Of a DNA stretch of 28,525 nt, positions 16,563 through 24,195 are shown in pieces (the first letter of the stretch is position 1; every line of letters starts with the position of its first letter). Made by a program: the position numbers and the translations under genes. The stretch is from positions 2,234 through 30,758 of the forward strand of contig CAYNJI010000001.1 in NCBI GenBank assembly GCA_964397605.1, written 5' to 3'. This DNA is from an uncultured Dehalococcoidia bacterium (GTDB taxonomy: Bacteria > Chloroflexota > Dehalococcoidia > Lucifugimonadales > GCA-2712585). The notes beneath the pieces are model-generated. The model saw only the letters and a program-made list of their open reading frames with translations, had not been told where the DNA came from and did not search any database.

Positions 16563-16813
16563 CTCTTCCCTCTCGTCTGGGGGGACCGCGATTGCCGGAG
16601 CGGTCAGGGCGCAATGCTGGAATCCGGCGCAAGCCTAAGCGTGGGACGAGGGAAGAACTGCTGAAAGGGGAGAACTAGGGAATTCGGAGCTTAGCAGGAC
16701 GCACCTCGCCCATCCAGGCGCGACCTCAGGTAAAGCCCTCTATTAAGCTGGGTATGAAGTTAAGAGTAGGCATAGGGCAAAGGAATACTATTATGGATGG
16801 GGGTTTTCGTCAA
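16563..16813 (-). promoter_or_regulatory. Promoter and structured 5' leader (candidate translational attenuator) of the ABC operon
   Basis: TTGACG (16808-16813)-17 nt-TAGTAT (16785-16790). The leader segment 16645-16657 is complementary (13 bp, 2-nt bulge) to the SD region 16563-16577. Confidence 0.65.
16675..16773 (-). CDS. Candidate leader peptide with in-frame UGA at codon 16 (15 aa if stop, 32 aa if Sec)
   Basis: ATG 16773: MPTLNFIPSLIEGFT-TGA(16726-16728)-GRAWMGEVRPAKLRIP-TAG. There is no SD and the ATG is 11 nt after the -10 box. Translation is inferred. Confidence 0.45.
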
Positions 16814-16867
16814 TGGGGGAACAGGTCAGAGTGGCGACGACCTAAACTGTCCGGACGAACGTTGGAG

Positions 16868-17233
16868 TCAGGGTGTTGCGCCCAGAAGCTCTTCCGCCCT
16901 GTCCACAAACTGTTCTACCTGCCGGAGATGGCTCCCTATGATTCTGTTGGAAAGTGCATTCTCGTAGAAATTCACGTGTAGGTGTGAGGCGAGGGCGAAC
17001 AGATTCGCAAGCTCCTCGTCGCTAGTCTCATCGGTCAAGGCTGAGACTGCACGCATGATATCCCGGTGACTGAAGTGGCGCCAGCCCCGTTCTTGGGCGA
17101 TGGCCTTGACCATCTGGGCAGCTGCGCCCCATCCTTTTTCCGAGGCTTGTGGAAGGTCGCCCTTGGCGAGCTCTTCGTACGCCTGGGCAAGAATCACCCG
17201 GCTCTGCTCTTTGTATGTTGTCGTTCTTTGCAT
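16868..17233 (-). CDS. PaREP1-family (HEPN-like) protein
   Basis: LAQAYEELAKGDLPQASEKGWGAAAQMVKAIA..RGWRH.SH and A..LHVNFYE motifs. The likely start is ATG 17233 (track 17296). Confidence 0.85.
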   Translation of the reverse strand: MQRTTTYKEQSRVILAQAYEELAKGDLPQASEKGWGAAAQMVKAIAQERGWRHFSHRDIMRAVSALTDETSDEELANLFALASHLHVNFYENALSNRIIGSHLRQVEQFVDRAEELLGATP

Positions 17234-17425
17234 GTTAAACGCCTTCCGTGCGGTGCGTGCCGACGGCAAGCTCGCATCAACGGTACACGCACACAAGTGC
17301 TGGCGTCAACAAGGCTGGATTATTTTCTTCGTTGGCTCTAGAATACCGATGAGCGCTCCCCTGACCCGCCGGCTTCCCAGGTTTGGCCCGGCCTCCACGG
17401 GGAGCCACTAACGGGAGGATGAATT

Positions 17426-18187
17426 ATGACGGTCTTTGCAAGATATCTGGCTCACGGCAACATCAACTACGGTGTTGTCGAAGGGGATACCATCAAGCAG
17501 ATAACCACCAGTCCGTTTGAGGAGTATGAGGTGACGGACCACACCCACACCCTCGACGAGGTGAAACTTCTGGCCCCCTGCGTTCCGGGGAAGATACTGG
17601 CCGTAGGTCTCAACTATCGCAGCCACTTGGGGGATAGGGCACCTCTCACGGAACCTCTCATCTTCTACAAGACGACTACATCGCTGGCAGGCCCGGGAGA
17701 CACCATCGTCATTCCCAAGGCCTTCGACGGGCGGGTGGATGAAGAAGGGGAGGTGGTGGCAATCATAAAAGACCGGTGTAAGAACGTGCCAAAGGAGGAG
17801 GCCCTGGACCACGTGTTGGGGTACACCTGTGGCAACGACGTCAGCGCCCGACAGTGGCAGCGTGAAGACGGTCAGTGGTGGCGGGCCAAGTCTTCCGATA
17901 CCTTCAGCCCCGCCGGACCCTTCCTGGTAACGGGCCTGGACCCCAGCGACATGATGCTTCGTGCCCGAGTCAATGGCGAGGAAGTGCAGGCGGAAACTAC
18001 GGCCATGTTCCTCTTCGACCTGCCCACCGTCATAAGCCACGTCAGCAAGTCCATTACTCTGGAGCCGGGCGACATGATATTCACGGGCACTCCCGGCAAG
18101 CCCGCCGAGTTGAAGGACGGGGACGTTTGCGAGGTGGAAGTGGAAGGCGTTGGCGTACTGAGCAATCCGGTGCGGATGGAGGCCTAG
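17426..18187 (+). CDS. Fumarylacetoacetate hydrolase family protein
   Basis: PGKILAVGLNYRSH, EPLIFYK, DEEGEV, GYTCGNDVSAR, RAKSSDTF and LEPGDMIFTGTP. Confidence 0.93.
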   Translation: MTVFARYLAHGNINYGVVEGDTIKQITTSPFEEYEVTDHTHTLDEVKLLAPCVPGKILAVGLNYRSHLGDRAPLTEPLIFYKTTTSLAGPGDTIVIPKAFDGRVDEEGEVVAIIKDRCKNVPKEEALDHVLGYTCGNDVSARQWQREDGQWWRAKSSDTFSPAGPFLVTGLDPSDMMLRARVNGEEVQAETTAMFLFDLPTVISHVSKSITLEPGDMIFTGTPGKPAELKDGDVCEVEVEGVGVLSNPVRMEA

Positions 18188-18225
18188 TCCTTCGGTCCAG
18201 ACGGTATCAACAAGAGGGGGCGCCA

Positions 18226-18528
18226 ATGGATAATGAACGTCAATGGGGAGAGGTGGGCACCAAGCTCATCTTCGAGAACCATCGGGTTAGAATTTGGGAG
18301 CTTGCCCTGGAACCCGGCGAGTCCAGCCACTGGCACACCCACAAGCGGGACTACGTGACGGTGGGCCTCACCGAAAGCCGGATGCGGCGCCATTTCGATG
18401 ACGGCACGTCGGATGAAACCGTCGGCTACGCGGGACGCTACACCTACGCCGACAAACACCAGCCTCACGAAGTTACGAACGTTGGGGACACTGCCCATCG
18501 AAACATCCTCATCGAAATAAAGGAGTAG
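18226..18528 (+). CDS. Small cupin-domain protein, 100 aa
   Basis: GAGGGG RBS and ATG 18226; FENHRVRIWELALEPGESSHWHTH and HEVTNVG motifs. The track ORF 17875 is over-extended. Confidence 0.85.
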   Translation: MDNERQWGEVGTKLIFENHRVRIWELALEPGESSHWHTHKRDYVTVGLTESRMRRHFDDGTSDETVGYAGRYTYADKHQPHEVTNVGDTAHRNILIEIKE

Positions 18529-18530
18529 TC

Positions 18531-18728
18531 ATGGCGGAAGCAGGGGAACTGTCCATGGAAACCTTTCTCAAAATGGCGGCCCTGCAGGGGGTGGACACCA
18601 GTGACCCGGACCACACTGCGGAGCTATACGCCAGCGTGAAGGACATTATGGCCACGGTGGCGGAACTGCGGCGGCTGGAACTGGGCGACATAGAACCGGC
18701 CAACGTCTTCTCCCCGGGGGAGGGCTAG
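18531..18728 (+). CDS. Small GatC/AtzG-like amidase partner
   Basis: 65 aa, 3 nt upstream of the amidase; the helix-helix-LELGDIEPANVF pattern resembles GatC/AtzG C-termini. Confidence 0.7.
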   Translation: MAEAGELSMETFLKMAALQGVDTSDPDHTAELYASVKDIMATVAELRRLELGDIEPANVFSPGEG

Positions 18729-18731
18729 GCC

Positions 18732-20141
18732 ATGGACGCAACGGAACTCTGCTATCTAAGCGCTGTGGAGCTTGGACGACTCATCGGCGCGAAGAAGGTC
18801 TCGCCGGTTGAGGTGGTCCAGGCCCATCTGGAGCGCATCGAGGCTACGGAGCCGGTTCTCAACTCCTTCATCACCCGTCCGGGGGAAGAAGCCCTGGAAG
18901 CGGCGCGGCAAGCGGAGTCGGAGATTGAGGCCGGAGGATATCGGGGCGTACTACACGGCGTACCGGTGGGACTGAAGGACCTCTACTATGTGGAGGGGAT
19001 GCCCAATACCTCCGGCTCTCGCATCTTCGACGATTTCGTGCCCGACCACGACGGCGCGGTTGCGGCGCGGCTGAAAGAGGCAGGCGCCATTCTGATGGGC
19101 AAGTTGAACATGCACCAGTTTGCCTTTGGGCCTACGGGCCTCAACGCCGACTATGGTCACATGCATAACCCGTGGGACCCGGACAGGATGGCCGGAGGTT
19201 CCAGCGGCGGTTCCGGCTCCGCGGCGGCGGCGGGCCAATGCGCCATAACGTTGGGAACAGACACAGGGGGGTCCATACGGATTCCCAGCGCTCTATGCGG
19301 ACTTGCGGGCCTAAAGCCCACCTATGGTCGGGTGAGCCGCTACGGGCTGGTGTCTCTTTCCTGGTCGCTAGACCACCCCGGGCCCATGGCCCGTACGGTG
19401 GAAGACTGCACAGCGGCCCTTCAGGTCCTGGCGGGTTACGATCCCCGCGATCCGGCGTCTGCCCAGGAGCCGGTGCCCGACTATATGGAATCCCTTTCGG
19501 AAGACCTGACCGGTCTGAAGGTTGGGGTGCCGAGGGAATACTTTGAAGTGCCCGTGGACGCAGAGGTGGAGAAGTTGGTCCGGGCTGCGCTGAAGACGCT
19601 GGAGGAATTGGGCGCCCAGGTAGTGGAAGTGGCTTGGCCGATGTATCATCGCTCCGCCGACATATCCAAGATAATCCTCTACGCAGAGGCGGCGGCGTAT
19701 CATAGAGAACTGCTGCTGCGTCGAGGAGAAGAGTACGACCCTTCGGTGCGGTGGCGGTTCGAGTCTGGGCTGTTCATCAGCGGGCCGGACTACCTGAGAG
19801 CGTTGCGGCATCGGCGGGAATACACCGAATCGACGCGGGAACTGTTCCAGCAGGTGGACCTGCTGGCAGGCCCGATGGAGCCAGTGGTGGCGCCGCTCAT
19901 TGAAGAGGAATCCATCCAGGTCAATGGGGAGTCGGTGGGAGTCATTCCGGCCCTGACGCAGTACACTCGCCCCTTCAATCTGACAGGCTATCCGGCGCTG
20001 ACGGTCCCTTGCGGCTTTTCCGACGGCTTGCCTGTGGGCTTGCAGCTTGCAGCGCGTCCCTTCGACGAGGCGACGGCGCTACGGGCGGGCTACGCCTACC
20101 AGCAGGCGACGGAGTGGCACAAGCGCAGACCGCCACTCTAA
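18732..20141 (+). CDS. Amidase-signature family enzyme (GatA/AtzE-like paralog)
   Basis: HGVPVGLKDLY, GGSSGGS and GTDTGGSIRIPS triad motifs; YTRPFNLTGYPALTVPCG. Confidence 0.93.
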   Translation: MDATELCYLSAVELGRLIGAKKVSPVEVVQAHLERIEATEPVLNSFITRPGEEALEAARQAESEIEAGGYRGVLHGVPVGLKDLYYVEGMPNTSGSRIFDDFVPDHDGAVAARLKEAGAILMGKLNMHQFAFGPTGLNADYGHMHNPWDPDRMAGGSSGGSGSAAAAGQCAITLGTDTGGSIRIPSALCGLAGLKPTYGRVSRYGLVSLSWSLDHPGPMARTVEDCTAALQVLAGYDPRDPASAQEPVPDYMESLSEDLTGLKVGVPREYFEVPVDAEVEKLVRAALKTLEELGAQVVEVAWPMYHRSADISKIILYAEAAAYHRELLLRRGEEYDPSVRWRFESGLFISGPDYLRALRHRREYTESTRELFQQVDLLAGPMEPVVAPLIEEESIQVNGESVGVIPALTQYTRPFNLTGYPALTVPCGFSDGLPVGLQLAARPFDEATALRAGYAYQQATEWHKRRPPL

Positions 20142-20308
20142 GAACCTTGTCGTCCTTCCACCAGGTCCATTGTGACTTTGAGGACAGCGGACGATCGAGT
20201 TGTGCTTGCTTCCCGCGTCTCAATTGCCATTGGTGCCGTGGGTTGGATAGAATAGGTGCTTAAGAGGGTCGCGCGTGAGCGGTGTCCCGCATCGGTTATA
20301 TGAATGCC

Positions 20309-21391
20309 ATGAATACATTCGTCGAAAGATTAGAGGATATTGACGCCCGGTATCGGGAGTTGGGCCGCTTGCTGGCTCAGCCCGAGGTGGCGGTGGACTA
20401 TGAGCAGGTGCAGAAGCTGGCCAAGGAGAGGGCGAGCTTGGAAGACACCGTGAAGGGGTATCGGGAGCTGAGAGACCTGCAGTCCCAGCGGGACGAGGCC
20501 CAGTCAATCATAGACGAGGGGGACGATCCAGAGATGGAGGCCCTAGCCGCCGAGGAATTGGAGGAGGCGTCCGGCCGGATAGAAGGGTTGGTGGAGGAGC
20601 TACGGTTGGCGCTGCTGCCCCGGGACCCCAACGACGGACGTAGCGTCATCGTGGAGATTCGCAAGGGCGCCGGCGGCCAGGAGGCCGGTCTGTTCGCAGC
20701 AGACCTCTACCGCATGTACATAAGGTACGCACATAACCAGCGCTGGAAGGTGGAAGTTCTTAACTCGAACCCGTCGGACCTGGGAGGCTTCAACGAAATT
20801 GTCTTCAATGTGGACGGTAAGAATGCCTTCGGTCGTCTGAAGTACGAACGGGGCGTGCATCGGGTGCAGCGAATTCCCACCACGGAGTCTTCAGGGCGGC
20901 TGCACACCTCCACAGTCACCGTGGCGGTGCTGCCAGAGGCGGAAGAGGTGGACATCAAGATAAACATGGATGACCTGCGCATCGACGTCTTCCACGCCGG
21001 GGGACATGGGGGTCAGAACGTGAACAAGGTGGCCACGGCCATCCGGATTGTCCATAACCCCACTGGCACGGTGGTTACATGCCAGGACGAGCGCTCCCAG
21101 TTCAAGAATAAGCAGAGGGCTTTGAACATTCTCCGGGCCCGCCTGTACGAGCAGGAGCAGCTGCGACAGGAGCGGGAGATAACCCAGTCTCGCCGCACCC
21201 AGGTGGGCACGGGGGACAGGGCGGAAAAGATTCGCACCTATAACCTCCCCCAGGACCGCATTACGGACCATCGCATAGGCCGGAATTTCTTTGGCTACCA
21301 GAAGTATATGGACGGGTTCATGGGCGACATCATCGAGGCGCTTGCGGCCCATGAGCAGTCCGATGCACTGGAAGCGGCTCTGTCCCGTTGA
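20309..21391 (+). CDS. prfA: Peptide chain release factor 1
   Basis: EIRKGAGGQEAGLF; ERGVHRVQRIPTTE (PxT of RF1); GGHGGQNVNK (GGQ); EKIRTYN. The start may be 20300 or 20309 (track 20282). Confidence 0.97.
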   Translation: MNTFVERLEDIDARYRELGRLLAQPEVAVDYEQVQKLAKERASLEDTVKGYRELRDLQSQRDEAQSIIDEGDDPEMEALAAEELEEASGRIEGLVEELRLALLPRDPNDGRSVIVEIRKGAGGQEAGLFAADLYRMYIRYAHNQRWKVEVLNSNPSDLGGFNEIVFNVDGKNAFGRLKYERGVHRVQRIPTTESSGRLHTSTVTVAVLPEAEEVDIKINMDDLRIDVFHAGGHGGQNVNKVATAIRIVHNPTGTVVTCQDERSQFKNKQRALNILRARLYEQEQLRQEREITQSRRTQVGTGDRAEKIRTYNLPQDRITDHRIGRNFFGYQKYMDGFMGDIIEALAAHEQSDALEAALSR

Positions 21392-21465
21392 TTTCTTTTT
21401 CCCTTGTGGACAGTGGGCGAGTCCGAAATGACTGCGCCGACCTCGTCTGCTTGACCGGCGGATAG

Positions 21466-22338
21466 ATGCCCACCCTGGGGGAGTTTCTGCAAGACACTCG
21501 GCGCCGTCTGGCGGAAGCGGGGACGCTGGAGCCCAGACTGGAATCGGAAGTCATCCTGACGGACGTGCTGGGCGTGCCGCGTCATCGTCTCTACGCCTAC
21601 CAGGACGACGCGATACCCGACGAGGCGACGGAGACTCTAGAGAAGGTGGTGCAGCGTCGGCTACGACGTGAACCTCTGGCGTACATTCTGGGGCACCGGG
21701 AGTTCTACGGCGTGGACCTGACAGTTGGCCCAGGAGTTATGGTTCCCCGCCCGGAAACAGAGATGTTGATAGAGCGGGCCATGCTGGTATGCATGGAGCG
21801 CATGGAGCGGCCGGGGCTTGTGGTGGCGGACGTGGGAACGGGCAGCGGAGGCATTGCCGTCAACCTGGCCATGCACCTCCCCGGCGTTCGGCTGTACGCC
21901 ACGGATATTTCGGCGGAGGCGCTGGAAGTGGCGAGGGTCAACGTCGACAAGTTTGGCCTAGGGCAGCGAATCACCCTCCTGAAGGGGGACTTGCTGGAGC
22001 CGCTGCCCGGGAGGGTGGACGTCATTGTGGCCAACCTTCCGTATATCCCGTCGGCGCGTCTGAAGGACCTCCAGCCGGAATTGGGCTGGGAGCCGAGGAC
22101 GGCGCTGGACGGAGGAGGCGACGGGATGGTAATGCTGCGTCGATTGATGGGTCAGGCGGCGGGCAAGCTGGCTTTGGACGGCGTGATGTTGCTGGAGATA
22201 GACCCGGGCCTGGGTGAACCTCTGCGGCGAATGGCGACGAGGCTATTCCCAGGGGCGGCGACATCGGTTGAGAAGGACCTCGCTGGGCTTGACCGGATCT
22301 TCGTGTTGGAGTCCCGGCCCGGAGCTGTTGTGGATTAG
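21466..22338 (+). CDS. prmC: Release factor glutamine methyltransferase (HemK)
   Basis: Follows prfA; EPLAYILG.REFYG, PRPETE, DVGTGSG, ANLPYIP (NPPY variant), ALDGGGDG. Confidence 0.96.
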   Translation: MPTLGEFLQDTRRRLAEAGTLEPRLESEVILTDVLGVPRHRLYAYQDDAIPDEATETLEKVVQRRLRREPLAYILGHREFYGVDLTVGPGVMVPRPETEMLIERAMLVCMERMERPGLVVADVGTGSGGIAVNLAMHLPGVRLYATDISAEALEVARVNVDKFGLGQRITLLKGDLLEPLPGRVDVIVANLPYIPSARLKDLQPELGWEPRTALDGGGDGMVMLRRLMGQAAGKLALDGVMLLEIDPGLGEPLRRMATRLFPGAATSVEKDLAGLDRIFVLESRPGAVVD

Positions 22339-22339
22339 T

Positions 22340-23200
22340 CTATCTCTGATAGGACCGGTCGCGCTGCTCGCGAAACAGCAACTGGTTGGCGTATCCGGCG
22401 TATCTACCGAAGTGGTCCTGGGCCCACATAACTAACTCATCGCCGACGGGCTGATTTCCGGATGGGAAGTATCGCTTCATGGCCCGTTCAACCCACCTAT
22501 CCACTGGAAAGGCTTCCATCTTGTCCAGAGCAAAGAGGGCGATGCAATCTGCTATCTTGTTCCCAATGCCGCGGCAGGCCATGAGTCTACGCTTGGCCTC
22601 TGCGTAGCAGGCCTCGGGTTGGGACAGGCGACGCAGGTCCAGCCTGCCGGCGCATATGCGTTGGGCGGCGGCGAATATCTTGGTGTGGCGGTCCATACCC
22701 AACCTCAGCCGCTCCAAAGTTTCCACACCGGCCTCCACCACCCTTTGAGGCGATGGGAAGGCGTAGCGCACTTCGCCGTCGAGTTCGACGGGGCGGCCTA
22801 GCGCTTTGGCGACTTTCTCCACCATTTTGCCTATGCTATCGACGCTGTTGGTGGCGGAGCAGACGTAGGCGGCGGTACACTCCCAGGGGTCCGGCTGGCG
22901 GAGGACTCGTAGGTAGGGGTATCTCTTCACTAGCTTGGCGACGTGAGCATCGCGGGCCGATAATTCAGCGCGAAGGATCTCTACGTCTTCATCCAAGCGA
23001 AAGTAGGAGATGAGGAGATGGTCCAGGTTGGCCTTTGCCCGGTACTCGAGTGCTCCATCGAGTTGTCGGAGGTGGAGCAGGTTTCCGTTGAGGACACCGG
23101 AACGCCACCCGTCTGACATCTGGCACCACCGGAAATCTTGGGTGCCGTCGAGAACGGCGTGCAAATCGAAGGGTTGGCCGATTATTAGCCGGTGTGGCAC
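22340..23200 (-). CDS. 8-oxoguanine DNA glycosylase (OGG1-like, HhH-GPD)
   Basis: LRVLRQPDPWEC, YAFPSP, HhH motif LMACRGIGNKIADCIALF with catalytic Lys, FPVD and YAGYANQLLF. Confidence 0.9.
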   Translation of the reverse strand: MPHRLIIGQPFDLHAVLDGTQDFRWCQMSDGWRSGVLNGNLLHLRQLDGALEYRAKANLDHLLISYFRLDEDVEILRAELSARDAHVAKLVKRYPYLRVLRQPDPWECTAAYVCSATNSVDSIGKMVEKVAKALGRPVELDGEVRYAFPSPQRVVEAGVETLERLRLGMDRHTKIFAAAQRICAGRLDLRRLSQPEACYAEAKRRLMACRGIGNKIADCIALFALDKMEAFPVDRWVERAMKRYFPSGNQPVGDELVMWAQDHFGRYAGYANQLLFREQRDRSYQR

Positions 23201-23237
23201 TGCGTTTGCTGCCCGTATGATCGCCGTGACGGTAGGG

Positions 23238-23381
23238 CTAGTCGGAGGAGGGGAGCTGCCGGGGCGCCTGGAGGGCCATCTCTATGTCGCAGCAGACGAC
23301 TACGCCGTCTCCACGTCGCACGCAGAGAATAAGGGAGCCGCACTGTTGGCAAGCGTAACGTTTTCCGAGTTGGTTGGCCAT
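23238..23381 (-). CDS. Desulforedoxin-like miniprotein, 47 aa
   Basis: Hand-translated: MANQLGKRYACQQCGSLILCVRRGDGVVVCCDIEMALQAPRQLPSSD. Y-x-C-x2-C-G-x15-CC pattern; AGGA upstream. Confidence 0.85.
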   Translation of the reverse strand: MANQLGKRYACQQCGSLILCVRRGDGVVVCCDIEMALQAPRQLPSSD

Positions 23382-23460
23382 TCTTTTATCCTGGTGTTTG
23401 GAAGTCGGTTGGGAGAGGTTCAGGTGCTCGTCTAGGGGGTTGAGGCTATCCTGGCGGCCT

Positions 23461-23580
23461 CTAGTTCTTGAGCTTGGTCGGTTGGCTGCAACACTTCAAC
23501 TCACCGTCACCGCCCCGGGTGACGAGGAATTCGGAGCCGCACTGGGAGCAGGTGTAGCGCTTTCCCGTCTCGTTCGGCAT
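23461..23580 (-). CDS. Desulforedoxin-like miniprotein, 39 aa
   Basis: Hand-translated: MPNETGKRYTCSQCGSEFLVTRGGDGELKCCSQPTKLKN. Same Cys pattern; AGGAG RBS. Confidence 0.88.
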   Translation of the reverse strand: MPNETGKRYTCSQCGSEFLVTRGGDGELKCCSQPTKLKN

Positions 23581-23724
23581 GGGAGCGGCTCCTTTCTCGT
23601 CGAGGTTCCGAAGGGTAGAGATGTCACGTACCGAGGCATATTCTAGCGGCAGGTGGCAATTTTGGTCAATGGGCGGGGGCCGAAATTCTTCGGGGCGACC
23701 AGAATGACGCTTTGGACGGCTTGG

Positions 23725-24111
23725 TTAGATGACCACGGTTGGTTCTATTTCTATGAGCAGGCTTGGGCGGGCGAGGCCGGGGCTGGCTACCAGGGTGCTG
23801 GTGGGGTACTGGCCCTGAAAGTAGCGTTCCAGAAGGACTTCGAATTCCGGCTGCCGCGGACGGAAGGCGTCCATGTCCGTAACGTAGATTACCAGCTTGA
23901 CGACGTCGCCCATGGACGCGCCCTCGGAGTGGACGATGGCCTGTATACGTTCGAGGGTGGCGTTTGCCTGGGCGATAACGTCCTCGTTCTCCGAAGGGGT
24001 GCCGACGGCGGTACAACCGGATACGTAGAGAGTTGATCCTGCGCGAAGGGAACGCACGTAGTTGCAGAGGGTGGGGGCTATGTCCGAATGGGCGTGGCGA
24101 ATCTTGTCCAT
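23725..24111 (-). CDS. RidA/YjgF/UK114 superfamily protein
   Basis: LYVSGCTA, QANATLERIQAI...GASMGDVVKLVIYVTD and PTSTLV...LLIEIE. Confidence 0.88.
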   Translation of the reverse strand: MDKIRHAHSDIAPTLCNYVRSLRAGSTLYVSGCTAVGTPSENEDVIAQANATLERIQAIVHSEGASMGDVVKLVIYVTDMDAFRPRQPEFEVLLERYFQGQYPTSTLVASPGLARPSLLIEIEPTVVI

Positions 24112-24138
24112 GGGGGATGAGGCTCCTTCAGAGAAATG

Positions 24139-24170
24139 ATGAACCCCTCGGCACAGGCCGAGGGGTTCAT
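24139..24170 (-). terminator. Strong hairpin, probable terminator after the 363-aa surface protein gene
   Basis: Perfect 14-bp stem ATGAACCCCTCGGC/GCCGAGGGGTTCAT with a 4-nt loop. The U-tract is weak (CATTTCTCT). Confidence 0.65.
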
Positions 24171-24195
24171 AGGATTCATAAGGTTTGAGGGCTGT

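Noticed and set aside
16563-16780. Known riboswitch (TPP, SAM, cobalamin, Moco) in the ABC leader
   Set aside because: I could not find the conserved cores of these families by eye; only a CTGAG fragment matches TPP. An Rfam cmscan would be decisive.
4470-20141. Calling either amidase gatA and the small ORFs gatC
   Set aside because: No gatB is adjacent, there are two paralogs, and one has a non-GatA signature. They are better treated as GatA/AtzE-like amidases.
589-21391. Sec read-through at other TGA stops (cupin 589, Fic 3824, mutS2 10114, prfA 21391)
   Set aside because: Each protein is complete at its stop, and none has a redox-motif context or convincing downstream coding continuation.
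20309-21391. RF2-type programmed frameshift
   Set aside because: The frame is continuous and the PxT motif identifies RF1; there is no CTT-TGA slip site.
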